A DNA stretch of 64,000 bases from an uncultured archaeon (GCA_964473825.1 CAYYQL010000003.1:42627-106626); one strand, 5' to 3'; positions 1 through 10,307 are shown, counted from the stretch's first letter. Made by a program: numbers and translations. Notes: a model not told the origin generated them from the sequence alone.

Positions 1-85
1 CCGCTCCTGCTTGAACAATTCTCTCGACAAAGTCTGGGTCAATAGACTTGTTCTCTATCGTTTCTCTTGAGATGGAGTCATTCAT
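1..85 (-). CDS. 5' end of a probable heterodisulfide reductase subunit C (runs off window)
   Basis: Hand translation from ATG at 85: MNDSISRETIENKSIDPDFVERIVQAGA; resembles the pre-cluster segment (D-x-E/D-F ... GG) of the two HdrC proteins in this window; Cys motifs lie outside the window. Confidence 0.5.
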   Translation of the reverse strand, partial: MNDSISRETIENKSIDPDFVERIVQAGA

Positions 86-175
86 GGGGGAGTCCTCAAA
101 GCTACGGCTGTATGACGACATCTGGCAGGATTCGAAGGATATAAGGATTCAGTCACTGGCGGCGCACTTTTGTTT

Positions 176-1273
176 TCAATCTGTAAGATAATCTGCAGCT
201 GAAAGCAGTCCGCGATTGCCGATACGCACATTCTTCAGCCCCACCTCTTTTGCAATGCTCCTGGCTCGCTCGGCATGTTCTTGACTGGTTCTTGGCAAGT
301 CTCTCATCCAGTGGTGGGGTTGGAATCCTAGGAGCGCAGTGGGGATTGCATCGTCACAACTAGCTATGAATTCACAGATCTTCTTCACCTCTCTAGTTCC
401 GACGTACCCAGGTATCAATAAGATGCTGGCAACTAGACCCCCTCCATCGCGATTCAGCCCTCTCTCGGCCAAGAGCCTGAAGTTTTGAAGAACAGTGGTA
501 TTTGAGATGCCCGTCAGAGCTGTGTATACCTCCTTGCTCACAGCCTTCAAGTCAAACTTGATAGTACCTCCATAGTTCTGCACGACATCTGCAATGGGCT
601 GAAGCCACTTCCGAGAGATATTTCCGTTTGTCTCATAGCAGATGGTTACTCTTGCCCTTTCGTTGGCTATACGCGATGTCTTGATAGTGTGTTCAGCATT
701 GCAGGACGGGTCCCCTCCGAAATAGCAGACACATGCTGTAGTTTCGTTCACCATGGAGGCTAACTGTTCAGGAGTCATCAGCGGATGCCCATCTCGCATC
801 ATGTCTTTGTAGTTCGAGTTCTGACAGAACAGACAATCAGAGTTGCAGGACCCGTAGAACACTGCAAGATTATGTCTTCTCTTTCCGTTTGGTGCATATC
901 GCTGTTCACTGACAGGACAGACCCAGTCCGCGACGCAGTTCGTCGGGAGGGGATCGCGATACCAGGATACGATTGCAGAGTCCTGGTATATCTCGACGAC
1001 GGTTTCCTCTTTCGCAGTACGTAATCCACAGAAGCCAGTCTCGCCATCCTTGAGTCTGCAGTGGTTTCCACATTCAGTACATGTAGTATTTCCGTCTGAT
1101 GGCACCGCTGGCACAAGCTCCATCTTCTTTCTTAGAGCTTCATGCGATAGTGAGGCCATTCGGAGTAGCCCGGGATTATCGATGAGGCACTCTCCGCAAT
1201 AGCCCACGGTCTTGGAGGCAACACGTTTTTCCTCTGAGTGATTCGGGCAGTTCATCAAGAGGAAGACATCCAT
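176..1273 (-). CDS. Radical SAM protein, PflA-like / AmmeMemoRadiSam-type with N-terminal Cys-rich region
   Basis: CxxxCxxC motif (CNSDCLFCQN), YFGGDPS, ETNG, FDLKA motifs; N-terminal CxxCxxxC...FCG. Confidence 0.85.
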   Translation of the reverse strand: MDVFLLMNCPNHSEEKRVASKTVGYCGECLIDNPGLLRMASLSHEALRKKMELVPAVPSDGNTTCTECGNHCRLKDGETGFCGLRTAKEETVVEIYQDSAIVSWYRDPLPTNCVADWVCPVSEQRYAPNGKRRHNLAVFYGSCNSDCLFCQNSNYKDMMRDGHPLMTPEQLASMVNETTACVCYFGGDPSCNAEHTIKTSRIANERARVTICYETNGNISRKWLQPIADVVQNYGGTIKFDLKAVSKEVYTALTGISNTTVLQNFRLLAERGLNRDGGGLVASILLIPGYVGTREVKKICEFIASCDDAIPTALLGFQPHHWMRDLPRTSQEHAERARSIAKEVGLKNVRIGNRGLLSAADYLTD

Positions 1274-1376
1274 CTTACTCGGATGAATCTTTGGACTCCT
1301 CTGTCATCTTCTCACTCACGAAAGACGTCATTCGATACTGCCTTAGACAAATGGATTTAAGGCCGCATTCAACGCT

Positions 1377-1952
1377 ATGACGAGAAGTCGGTGGACAAAC
1401 TTGACCAGTGCTGAGGAAAAGGCCCCCATTGTTCTTGATGAGCCCGACACTGAGTTCGTCGAGATGATCAAAAGGACCGGCGGGCCTAATATCCAGAGTT
1501 GCTATCAATGTGGGACATGCAGCGGTAGCTGTCCTGCTGGTGCCAGAACCAATTACCTTGTGAGAGGCATCATCCGGAAGGCCTTACTTGGCCTGAAAGA
1601 GGACTGCATCTCTGCTCCGGAGCTATGGTACTGCACCACCTGCTACACCTGTACAGATCGGTGCCCTCAGGATGTCAAGCCTACAGATGTTATTAAGGCA
1701 ATCCGCAACATTGCTGTTCAGGAGGGCTATATGCTGGAGCCTCATCAGAAAGTTGCTCAGAAGGTGCTTGAGGCTGGACATGCAGTTCCTCTTGACAAGG
1801 AATCTTGGCAGAAGTTACGAGAGAAGGTGGGACTTGAACCAATACCCCCCAACGCCAGTCGATTTCCCGAGGCTATCGCAGATGTGGTCAAGATTGCGAA
1901 GAAGACCCATTTCGACAAACTCGTTGAAGAAAAAGAGAAGGATGAGGAGTGA
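1377..1952 (+). CDS. hdrC: Heterodisulfide reductase subunit C
   Basis: CYQCGTCSGSCP and WYCTTCYTCTDRCP; directly upstream of hdrB. Confidence 0.95.
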   Translation: MTRSRWTNLTSAEEKAPIVLDEPDTEFVEMIKRTGGPNIQSCYQCGTCSGSCPAGARTNYLVRGIIRKALLGLKEDCISAPELWYCTTCYTCTDRCPQDVKPTDVIKAIRNIAVQEGYMLEPHQKVAQKVLEAGHAVPLDKESWQKLREKVGLEPIPPNASRFPEAIADVVKIAKKTHFDKLVEEKEKDEE

Positions 1953-1958
1953 TTTGAT

Positions 1959-2876
1959 TTGCCCAAGAGACCTGCTTTCTATCATTTCCTAGGATGCATC
2001 ATTCCGCATAGATACCCCAGTATTGAGAAGGCAACCCGACTGGTCTTCGAAGACCTTGATATGGACCTTCTGGACATGGAAGGTGCGACTTGTTGCCCGG
2101 CACCCGGCGTATTCGGATCATTTGACCGGATAACTTGGGCAACCATTGCTGCACGGAATCTCACCATTGCAGAGGAGACAGGTGATCCGATTACAACGGG
2201 ATGTAACGGTTGTTTTGCCAGCCTCTGGGATGCCAACCACGAACTGAAGCATGATGAAGAACTCCGCGAGGCTGTGAATGCAGGCCTGAAAGAAATCGGT
2301 CGTGAGTTCAAGGGCACCATCGAAGTTACTCACTATGTGGATGCTCTCTATAACACCGCGGGTCTGGAGAAGATACGAAAGCGCGTCGTTCGCCCCATGA
2401 AGGGCGTGAGAATGGCCTTACATCCCGGCTGCCACTGGATGCGTCCGAAGCTGCTGAAACAGAAGGACGACTCTGAGCGTCCCCACATTTTCCGTGAAGT
2501 CTGTGAGGTCAGCGGTGCTGAATACGTCCCGTATAAGGACGAACTCATGTGTTGCGGTGCCGGCGGAGCTGTTCGAACGGCCGATATCAAGGTCGCTCTT
2601 GACTTCACCAAACAGAAGTTTGACAGCATCATCGAGGCAGGTGGTGCTGATATGATTGTGACGCCCTGCCCGTTCTGTGAGTTACAGCTTGACCTTGGAC
2701 AGGTGGAGATACAGAAACACTTCGATGCCGAATATGTCTTCGACGTACTTCATGTCACCGAGTTGCTTGCACTTGCATTTGGCCATGACCCTGACGAGTT
2801 CGGTCTGAATACGCATCTTCAATATATGCAGAGAAAGAGTCAGCCCAACTGGCAAGTCCTTGGACTCAAGGCCTAG
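1959..2876 (+). CDS. hdrB: Heterodisulfide reductase subunit B
   Basis: Two CCG domains: FLGC, CCPAPG, CNGC, HPGCH, CCGAGG, CPFC. Confidence 0.95.
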   Translation: MPKRPAFYHFLGCIIPHRYPSIEKATRLVFEDLDMDLLDMEGATCCPAPGVFGSFDRITWATIAARNLTIAEETGDPITTGCNGCFASLWDANHELKHDEELREAVNAGLKEIGREFKGTIEVTHYVDALYNTAGLEKIRKRVVRPMKGVRMALHPGCHWMRPKLLKQKDDSERPHIFREVCEVSGAEYVPYKDELMCCGAGGAVRTADIKVALDFTKQKFDSIIEAGGADMIVTPCPFCELQLDLGQVEIQKHFDAEYVFDVLHVTELLALAFGHDPDEFGLNTHLQYMQRKSQPNWQVLGLKA

Positions 2877-3022
2877 AAGACCTGTTTCTTCACTATTCAT
2901 CCTGCGATAGGTCCTGCCCTCAATCAGGCATTCTCTTGAGCAGTTAATTAGCCATCCGTCCCATGACTTGAGAAAGAAGTTTAAGGTGCGTTTCCACTCA
3001 GCTTGTACCGAGGTTGCATTGA

Positions 3023-3739
3023 ATGCGTCGTCGCCATTTGTTGATAGGTCTTGTCTTTCTTTTGGTGTTGTTTTCTCTTCCGAGTGCAAGGGCTCAATTT
3101 GGAGCTAGACTCTATCCGAACGAAACCCGAAGCCTTGAACACCTATGGGGGAACAGAAGAGGATACTATTTCGCGAATCTCACCGCAGGGAGTTGGACTG
3201 TGGTTGTCAAGAGTGACGCTTTCTGGGGAATGACTTTTGCTCTCACAGTATCAGATGCGAATACCTCGGAGGTGCTTGCAGAAACTGAAGGCCCCAGCAA
3301 GACAAGTGCTTCTCTGCAGTTCGCACTTGAAGAAGACACACTTGTCAACATCCTAGTCGATGAGGAGGCTGGTGAGGCTGGGTATTTCGATATTGGTGTA
3401 TACGATGATTTCAGTGCTTTGTACGCCGCCCACGGTGTCTTGCTGATTATCGCCCCCGTGCTTCTCGTTGGCTTGCTGGTCGCTATTGCATACGGGGTGA
3501 AATCCAGAGGACGTCGTTCTACCGATCAAGGCATGCAAATAGAAGCTCCTGCGTTCGTGATTCCCAAGAGCTATCGTCAGAAGCCTGAAGCTGCTGACAT
3601 TCGAACAGTCCGTCTCCCGACCAAGTGTCCTTCGTGTGGTGCGTCGCTATCGCAGGAGGGCATTGACTGGACCGGACCACTTGAGGCGAAGTGCAACTAC
3701 TGTGGTAGCGTAGTCAGGGCACGGCTGGAAAGGCTCTGA
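3023..3739 (+). CDS. Single-pass membrane protein: signal peptide, extracellular beta domain, TM helix, cytoplasmic zinc ribbon
   Basis: MRRRHLLIGLVFLL..ARA signal, hydrophobic helix near aa 140-160, C-terminal CPSC...CNYC. Confidence 0.75.
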   Translation: MRRRHLLIGLVFLLVLFSLPSARAQFGARLYPNETRSLEHLWGNRRGYYFANLTAGSWTVVVKSDAFWGMTFALTVSDANTSEVLAETEGPSKTSASLQFALEEDTLVNILVDEEAGEAGYFDIGVYDDFSALYAAHGVLLIIAPVLLVGLLVAIAYGVKSRGRRSTDQGMQIEAPAFVIPKSYRQKPEAADIRTVRLPTKCPSCGASLSQEGIDWTGPLEAKCNYCGSVVRARLERL

Positions 3740-4151
3740 AGTGTGACGTGCAATCAAGTGTAGTTCAAACGGACATTTGGAAAGGCTCAGACGCTCGACG
3801 CAACCACTTAGAAGTTAGGACAATTGTAATCTCAAGTGGCTTGTTTGGGTGTAGAAACCACGATTTCCATGTTGGCTATCTCTTCGTACGTATCCACATC
3901 GTTCTTGGAATGTGAGTGGTTTCTAGAAATATATGCACGGGTGTACAATCTTGTGGCCTTCATCTGCGTCCCACCAAAGTATTATCCCTGTAATATTAAT
4001 GCTCATCGGTGAATGGGCGCCGGTGAAACATCAGCGATGTATTTCGCGCCAATCGGCTCGTGGTACGTTCCCGCCTTGTTAACGTCACACAACTAAGCTT
4101 TTATCATCGGTTTCAGACCAACGCGATAACGCCAACGGAGTGAACACGGTA

Positions 4152-7100
4152 ATGGCAGGAAAGCCAATCGTAATCATCGGTGCAGGTATTGCAGGCATCC
4201 GCGCATCCCTAGATCTAGCAGATATGGGTGTCAAGGTATTCTTGGTGGAGCGTGAACCCTCCATAGGAGGCCATATGGCTCAGCTAGACAAGACCTTTCC
4301 AACGTTGGACTGTTCCATGTGTATTATGGGGCCATGGATGGTTGATGCAAGCCGTCATCCTAACATCGAGATATTGTCCTATTCCGAGGTCAGCGAAGTC
4401 ACCGGTGATAAGGGCGATTTCACAGTGAAAGTGTTGAAGCATACCCGCCGAGTTGACCCGGAGAAGTGTACTGGGTGTGGTGACTGCCAGCGTGTATGTC
4501 CCATCGAAATACCGAATGAATATGATGTGGGCCTGAAGATGCGCAAGGCTTCGTATATTCCGTTTCCACAGGCAGTACCCAATGTCGCAACCATAGATAT
4601 CGAGAACTGTATTCAGTGCATGACTTGTGTGAACAGCTGCAAGGCAGAAGCAATTGATTTCTCGATTCCAGATGAAACCCTTGAGATCAATGCGGGTGCA
4701 ATCATTCTTGCTACAGGCTATCAGCTTCTTGACCCATCTGAGGTCAAAGAGTATGGTTATGGTCGATATCCCAATGTGGTCAGCGCTCTTGAATACGAGA
4801 GGATGGTTTCAGCCAGTGGTCCAACCGGCGGGGTCATCATGCGCCCCTCGGATGGCATTGAACCCCACCGGATTGCCTTTATCCAGTGTGTAGGCAGTCG
4901 CGATGTGAATCATTGTGCTTATTGTTCAAAGATATGTTGTACCTATGCCACGAAAGAAGCAATAATCACCAAGGAGCACACACCAGAGGTACATATCGAT
5001 CTGCTCTATAATGATATGCGTGCCTTTGGCAAGGGATTTGAGGAGTTTCTTGTACGGGGCGAAAACGACTATGGAATCAATTACGTGAAGGGTCTTCCCA
5101 GTGAGATCATCGAGGACCCAAAGACGCGAGGACTGATTGTTCGACACAGCGATGCGAAAGGCCATGAAGTCTTGGATGACCATTATGACCTAGTGGTTCT
5201 CTGTCCAGCCATGGTACCAAACGAAAATGCAGAACTGCATGAGACTCTGGGAATCGATGTGGATCAATACGGCTTTGTGCATGGGCCTGCTGGACACATC
5301 GAGAGTGTGATGACCACGGTTCCAGGGATCTACATGTGTGGCTCAGTGAATCAACCCAAAGATATCCCTGATTCTGTGGCTCAAGGTAGCGCCGCTGCTG
5401 CATTAGCGATACAGGACATCGACCTTCCTGAACGGCGCGAAACTGAGGAGCTGACAGAGGCTGACCTTGATATGATGACGGCTGAACCCCGTGTCGGCGT
5501 TTTCGTCTGCTCTTGTGGTATCAATATTGCAGGAACAGTTGATGTTGATGAAGTGAGAAACTATGCAGATAGTCTTCCGGGCGTGGTCTATACCGAGAAC
5601 CTACTCTATTCCTGTTCCTCTGACGCTCAAGTTGTGATTAAGGATGCTATCAAGGAACACGACCTCAACCGTGTCGTAGTTGCATCTTGCACACCCCGTA
5701 CGCATGAACCGCTGTTTCGGTCAACTATCGAGGAGGCAGGACTAAACAAGTACCTCTTTGAAATGGCGAATATCAGAGAACACTGCTCGTGGATTCATCA
5801 GGGCGCAAAGGATGAGGCGACATCAAAGGCGATGGATCTTGTCAGAATGGCTGTGGCGAAATCTAGGCTACTGGAGCCGCAGGAAGAGGCTGTCACTGAT
5901 ATCGAGCCGAGTGCTCTTGTCATCGGTGCTGGCGTGGCGGGGATGTCTGCTGCGAAGGCAATTGCCGAGAAGGGCTTCAAGGTCTATATTGTCGAGAAGG
6001 AAGATGAAGTCGGTGGATATCTGAACAATCTTGTCAGTGTCAACTTCGATTTCAGGTCGGCCTCCGATGTTGTTAAGGAGCTTCGAGATGAGATATCTAG
6101 TATCGAAACCATCGACTTGATGCTCGAATCGGAGGTTGTCGACGCTAGGGGCTCTATTGGCGACTTCGAGGTGACCATCAAGACTGGCAAGAAGAAGACA
6201 GACCTCAAAGTGGGGGTTGTAATCGTTGCAACCGGAGCACATGCATTGGAGGAAGAGGGTCTGTATGGATTCAAGAAGATTCCCGAGGTTATTACTGAGG
6301 AAGAATTCAACCATAGGATCAATGAAGATGCTCTTCCTGCCGATGCGACCTATGCTGTGATTCATTGCGCTGGCTCCCGCGAGGATGAGTCCCTTGAGGG
6401 CGCTCGAACTTGGTGTTCAGGGATATGTTGTACAGTGGCTCTTGAACATACACTAGAGCTCTTGGAAAAACACCCCGGATCCCGAGTCTTCCATCTCTAT
6501 CGCGACCTGAGGGTCCACTATGCGGGTGAAGACAAATATCGGGAGGCCCGAAAGAAGGGAGTGGTATTCATCCGATTCGACAAGGATAGCCCTCCTGAGG
6601 TGAAGAAGGGTCATTCTGCTGCGATACGTGTTGAGGTATTGGACCAGATTCTCGGCGCGAAGCTCAACTTGGACGTTGATTATGTTGTTCTGGCAACCGC
6701 AATGATTCCTCCTGAAACAAACAAGCATTTGGGTGAGATTTTCAAGATTCCAACGAACATGTCGGGATTCTTCATGGAGGCACATCCAAAGCTCAGGCCC
6801 GTTGACTTCCAGACTGATGGTATCTATGTGGCTGGGACTGCAACTGCTCCAAAGCCCATTGATGAAGCCATTGCACAGGGTCGAGGTGCGGCCGCTCGTG
6901 CTCTCATACCTCTTGTTAGTGGCATAAGGAAGGCTGAGGCGATTGTATCAGTGGTTGACCCCGAGGTCTGCGTTGGCTGTGGTACCTGCGAAATCAACTG
7001 CTCGTACAATGCCATTGAGGTGATTCCCGGCGACGGTGGTCATGACTATGCCATGTCAAATCCTGTACTCTGTCAAGGATGTGGGAAGTGTGCTGCTGGT

Positions 7101-7592
7101 TGTCCCGCCGGTGCCATCACAATGAAACACTTCACAGATGACCAGATTCTGGCCCAAATCCGCGCAGCTCTCTCTGACATGCCTGCGAACCAACCGCGAA
7201 TCCTTACAATAGTCTGCAACTGGTGCTCGTATGCCGGGGCGGATAGCGCTGGTGTATCGAGGTTTCAGCAGCCCCCTACCGTCCGCGACATCCGTGTGAT
7301 GTGTACCGGGAGAGTAAGCGTCACCCACATATTGGAGGCATTTCGACAGGGAGCTGATATGGTCTGGATATCGGGTTGTCACTTCGGCGACTGTCACTAC
7401 GTTGATGGAGTTTCCGCATTTGAACGTAGATATCTCATAGCAAAGAAGATCATTGAGAAAGCGGGATTGGAGCCGGAGCGATTACAGTTCACTCATATTA
7501 GCGCAAGTGAGGGTGCTATCTGGGCGGAGAAGGTCAAGGAACTCTCTGAACTGGTTGAACGACTGGGGCTCACCCCCCTGAGAAAGAGGTAG
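4152..7592 (+). CDS. hdrA: Double-module heterodisulfide reductase subunit A fused to C-terminal MvhD domain
   Basis: Two GxGxxG FAD motifs, LDKTFPTLDCSMC, inserted 2x[4Fe-4S], VGVFVCSCG, EAHPKLRPV, C-terminal ferredoxin, then CNWCSYAGAD / RVMCTGRV / GCHFGDCHY of MvhD; ATG 4152 follows GGAGTGA. Confidence 0.95.
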   Translation: MAGKPIVIIGAGIAGIRASLDLADMGVKVFLVEREPSIGGHMAQLDKTFPTLDCSMCIMGPWMVDASRHPNIEILSYSEVSEVTGDKGDFTVKVLKHTRRVDPEKCTGCGDCQRVCPIEIPNEYDVGLKMRKASYIPFPQAVPNVATIDIENCIQCMTCVNSCKAEAIDFSIPDETLEINAGAIILATGYQLLDPSEVKEYGYGRYPNVVSALEYERMVSASGPTGGVIMRPSDGIEPHRIAFIQCVGSRDVNHCAYCSKICCTYATKEAIITKEHTPEVHIDLLYNDMRAFGKGFEEFLVRGENDYGINYVKGLPSEIIEDPKTRGLIVRHSDAKGHEVLDDHYDLVVLCPAMVPNENAELHETLGIDVDQYGFVHGPAGHIESVMTTVPGIYMCGSVNQPKDIPDSVAQGSAAAALAIQDIDLPERRETEELTEADLDMMTAEPRVGVFVCSCGINIAGTVDVDEVRNYADSLPGVVYTENLLYSCSSDAQVVIKDAIKEHDLNRVVVASCTPRTHEPLFRSTIEEAGLNKYLFEMANIREHCSWIHQGAKDEATSKAMDLVRMAVAKSRLLEPQEEAVTDIEPSALVIGAGVAGMSAAKAIAEKGFKVYIVEKEDEVGGYLNNLVSVNFDFRSASDVVKELRDEISSIETIDLMLESEVVDARGSIGDFEVTIKTGKKKTDLKVGVVIVATGAHALEEEGLYGFKKIPEVITEEEFNHRINEDALPADATYAVIHCAGSREDESLEGARTWCSGICCTVALEHTLELLEKHPGSRVFHLYRDLRVHYAGEDKYREARKKGVVFIRFDKDSPPEVKKGHSAAIRVEVLDQILGAKLNLDVDYVVLATAMIPPETNKHLGEIFKIPTNMSGFFMEAHPKLRPVDFQTDGIYVAGTATAPKPIDEAIAQGRGAAARALIPLVSGIRKAEAIVSVVDPEVCVGCGTCEINCSYNAIEVIPGDGGHDYAMSNPVLCQGCGKCAAGCPAGAITMKHFTDDQILAQIRAALSDMPANQPRILTIVCNWCSYAGADSAGVSRFQQPPTVRDIRVMCTGRVSVTHILEAFRQGADMVWISGCHFGDCHYVDGVSAFERRYLIAKKIIEKAGLEPERLQFTHISASEGAIWAEKVKELSELVERLGLTPLRKR
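7416..7592 (+). repeat. Copy 1 of diverged 177-nt direct repeat (3' end of hdrA-mvhD)
   Basis: Encodes AFERRY...PLRKR*; 50/58 aa identical to 12879-13055 by hand alignment. Confidence 0.9.
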
Positions 7593-7795
7593 AATGAGGC
7601 CATTTCTGGCACCAACCTATCTTGAGCCAATTCCCTGGCATACTCGTGAAATAGGAAGTATAGGAGTACTGCCACCGCAGATTATTCCTTGCGAATGCTA
7701 ATGAGCCTTTCTGATGCTGTTCCATGTAGTACAGGTTCATGCATAACATGAACGATTTTGAAAGAGTATAATAGAGACTGCCGAAACTGAATCGT

Positions 7796-8332
7796 ATGTT
7801 TCCGGGGGTATCAGTCAAGGCACAGGGCGGTACAGTTTCTTCTTCAAGACTCGAAGAGCGGCGAAACCGCAGAGCATGGCACACGTACGAAGTCATCCCC
7901 ATCCGACGCACGGGGACCATCAAGACCGAGAAGTCCCCCTACTGCAAGGAGTACGGCCGGCGACACATCACCAAGGGCGGCAACCTGGTCGATGTGGTAC
8001 GGGGCTGTCGTGGTGGAGTTCTGTACGGTAACAGAGGGCACTTCGGGGACTGTTATGCGAAAGAGGCCTCTCGGCGATTCCCAGTCCTCTTCAATCAGCC
8101 CCAGCGCATGGAGTTCAAGGAAGACCTGCTGGCAAAGGATGTGGACCGGCTCGATGAGGAGGGTGTCCGGATGGGCATGGCATTGTACGAGTACGTGGAA
8201 TTCCCCATGCTTCCCTTGGACACGAGACCCCCTACAGAGCTATACCTGACGCCCAGGAGGAAACAGGAGTTAAAGGGAGGTGTCCCAGATGTTGTGAAAC
8301 AGTGTCTTGTATCTCCTCCGATTTCACACTAG
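7796..8332 (+). pseudogene. Degenerate radical SAM (SPL/DUF5131-like) fragment
   Basis: DVVRGC-x10-GHFGDCYA resembles an extended radical SAM Cys motif with the middle Cys lost; far too short for a barrel; G/C-ending codons suggest coding origin. Confidence 0.45.
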
Positions 8333-8404
8333 AGCCCAACCAATGGAAATGTTTAAGAAAGAGCTATTCTATTCCATGCTTGGTTGACTGGTGGGTTGAA
8401 GGAA

Positions 8405-8572
8405 ATGGCAAGATACACTGCAATTCTGTTATTGATATCCCTGTTTCTATCACCTGCTTTGACCCCAGCGGTTACGGCTACAAGACCTGAGCTACAACCC
8501 GCCGAGGTTCCGGTGAAGGTCGAAGATACTGGAGATCCAGCTAGCTTTGGCAATTCGGGCCCTGTAAAATAA
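8405..8572 (+). CDS. Short ORF with signal peptide, possibly the detached 5' end of the downstream secreted protein
   Basis: MARYTAILLLISLFLSPALTPAVTA signal-like sequence; stops after 55 aa in an A-rich tract. Confidence 0.45.
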   Translation: MARYTAILLLISLFLSPALTPAVTATRPELQPAEVPVKVEDTGDPASFGNSGPVK

Positions 8573-8715
8573 ATCGAGTTCACATGGCTTAGATAAAGGA
8601 AAACTTGTATGGAGCAACTCAAAACTATCAGAAGAGACCCATTTCGTTGTTCACAGAATTCATTTCGTGAACAATATGAGAGTTATTTTACAGAGCCGGC
8701 AATTCGGCAACAGAT

Positions 8716-10152
8716 TTGTTCATGAAGACAGATTGGCAAACTGAAGTACCTACATACTCAGAGATTGTCAGGAATAATGGAACTCTCGGAACACAGGAGA
8801 AGAAAGAATCTCTGATGACTTCACCTTTTAGGAAAGCACCAAGTATTGAGAACGATTCGATTTCTCTCTTATCTTCAACAGAGTGCGAGAGTTCGTCAAC
8901 CATGGGTTTCTCTGGTCATACATGGTCTTGGGAACTCGGAACAGATGACCGACATGTTGAGGCCGCAGAAGTGACTCGGCCAATGGAGGGAAATTGGTTT
9001 CCGAAGGAATCATACGCAAGAATAGTATACCAGGAGAGACTGACTTGGGATGACGAGTTCTATTACTACATTGAACGAGGAGCAGATACCTATGCTCGAT
9101 ATTTCAGGCTGTATCTCGCGGGTTATCTGCTAGAGGAGAAGGTCATATACGGCTCATCTTGTTCTGGTTTTGTTGAAGTCCCTGATTGGATTCGGACAGA
9201 TTATTACTTCATCACGCTTGAAATCACCTACGGCGGATACGTAGAGCATGGCTGGAAACTAAGATATTGGACTCTCATGGATCCCGATTCGGAAGGTTAC
9301 TTTCAACCTGTTCGGACTCCGTATCAACAGTTTCGCAAAAAAGGGTACTCAGAATTGGAGTTCAGGGTTCCAATGGGGCCCATTACTAAACTCAATATTG
9401 AAACCCTCAACTGCCATGATTACTATACCCGCCATTTGTACGTCTATGTTGATGGAGTACTTAAGGACACATTGTACTCACCGGGATCATATGAAGTAAC
9501 CATCGCAAACTTCGCCAACCCAGGAATGCATGATTTAAAACTTGTATTGCACTGGGGAGATAAATTCACTGGTTCGTATCCGAAATCCATTAAACAGCTC
9601 TACGTTTCGCATAAGTACAGAACGGTGGAGGCGGATTCCATGGAGGGGCATTCACAACCTCAAGATGTGTTTGACTATATCGAGGCCTATTATAGAACAC
9701 ACGATTACAGACGAGTTCATTTTGTCCCTGATGACTTACACATTCCACATCAAGATGTGATAGATGAGCATGAATGGGATTCGCTGTATAACACCTATGC
9801 AAGCGGCGAATGCAAGACCAATCCAAGGTGGACTTGGGGACTTTATTGCCACGAATTATACTGGACAGTGGCCGACTCGTATCCGTGGGGGTTGGGTGAA
9901 GTTGGAGGAAAGAAGTATGTTGTGGCTGACCACCTTAGCTATGATCCTTGGCCGCCACATATGCTGGAGAAACAAACCTGGATTACAATGCACGAATACG
10001 GCCACACAGAGGCTATGACCGATCACACCGGATATAAGACGGACTGTTATGCTGAGAAACAATACGGATTTGACTACATGGATTGGGCGACTCCGCATTA
10101 CGCGTCGAGTAGTTGGACAAGTCACCTTTCTTGGGTCTGTGGTTGGTGGTAA
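8716..10152 (+). CDS. Putative extracellular zincin-like metallopeptidase with two repeated beta-sandwich domains
   Basis: C-terminal MHEYGHTEAMTDH (HExxH + third His); internal repeat (YARYFRLYLAGYL / YTRHLYVYVDGVL); Tyr/Trp rich. Confidence 0.65.
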   Translation: MFMKTDWQTEVPTYSEIVRNNGTLGTQEKKESLMTSPFRKAPSIENDSISLLSSTECESSSTMGFSGHTWSWELGTDDRHVEAAEVTRPMEGNWFPKESYARIVYQERLTWDDEFYYYIERGADTYARYFRLYLAGYLLEEKVIYGSSCSGFVEVPDWIRTDYYFITLEITYGGYVEHGWKLRYWTLMDPDSEGYFQPVRTPYQQFRKKGYSELEFRVPMGPITKLNIETLNCHDYYTRHLYVYVDGVLKDTLYSPGSYEVTIANFANPGMHDLKLVLHWGDKFTGSYPKSIKQLYVSHKYRTVEADSMEGHSQPQDVFDYIEAYYRTHDYRRVHFVPDDLHIPHQDVIDEHEWDSLYNTYASGECKTNPRWTWGLYCHELYWTVADSYPWGLGEVGGKKYVVADHLSYDPWPPHMLEKQTWITMHEYGHTEAMTDHTGYKTDCYAEKQYGFDYMDWATPHYASSSWTSHLSWVCGWW

Positions 10153-10307
10153 TTGGGCATCGTTGAAACCAAATCTCATTCCATAGAATGGGGTTATTCC
10201 ATTATGACACTTGTAGATTGTGTAAATCCTAGATGGGGGCTTATTATCCCCTCAGGATTATTTGGTTATGAACTGATGCTAAACTAGACTTCTGTCTAGG
10301 TGCAAGA

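Noticed and set aside
4016-4050. SECIS element
   Set aside because: A GAA/A-like bulge is present but the lower stem is poor, there is no eukaryote-type UGA/GA core of proper size, and neighbouring genes have no in-frame UGA
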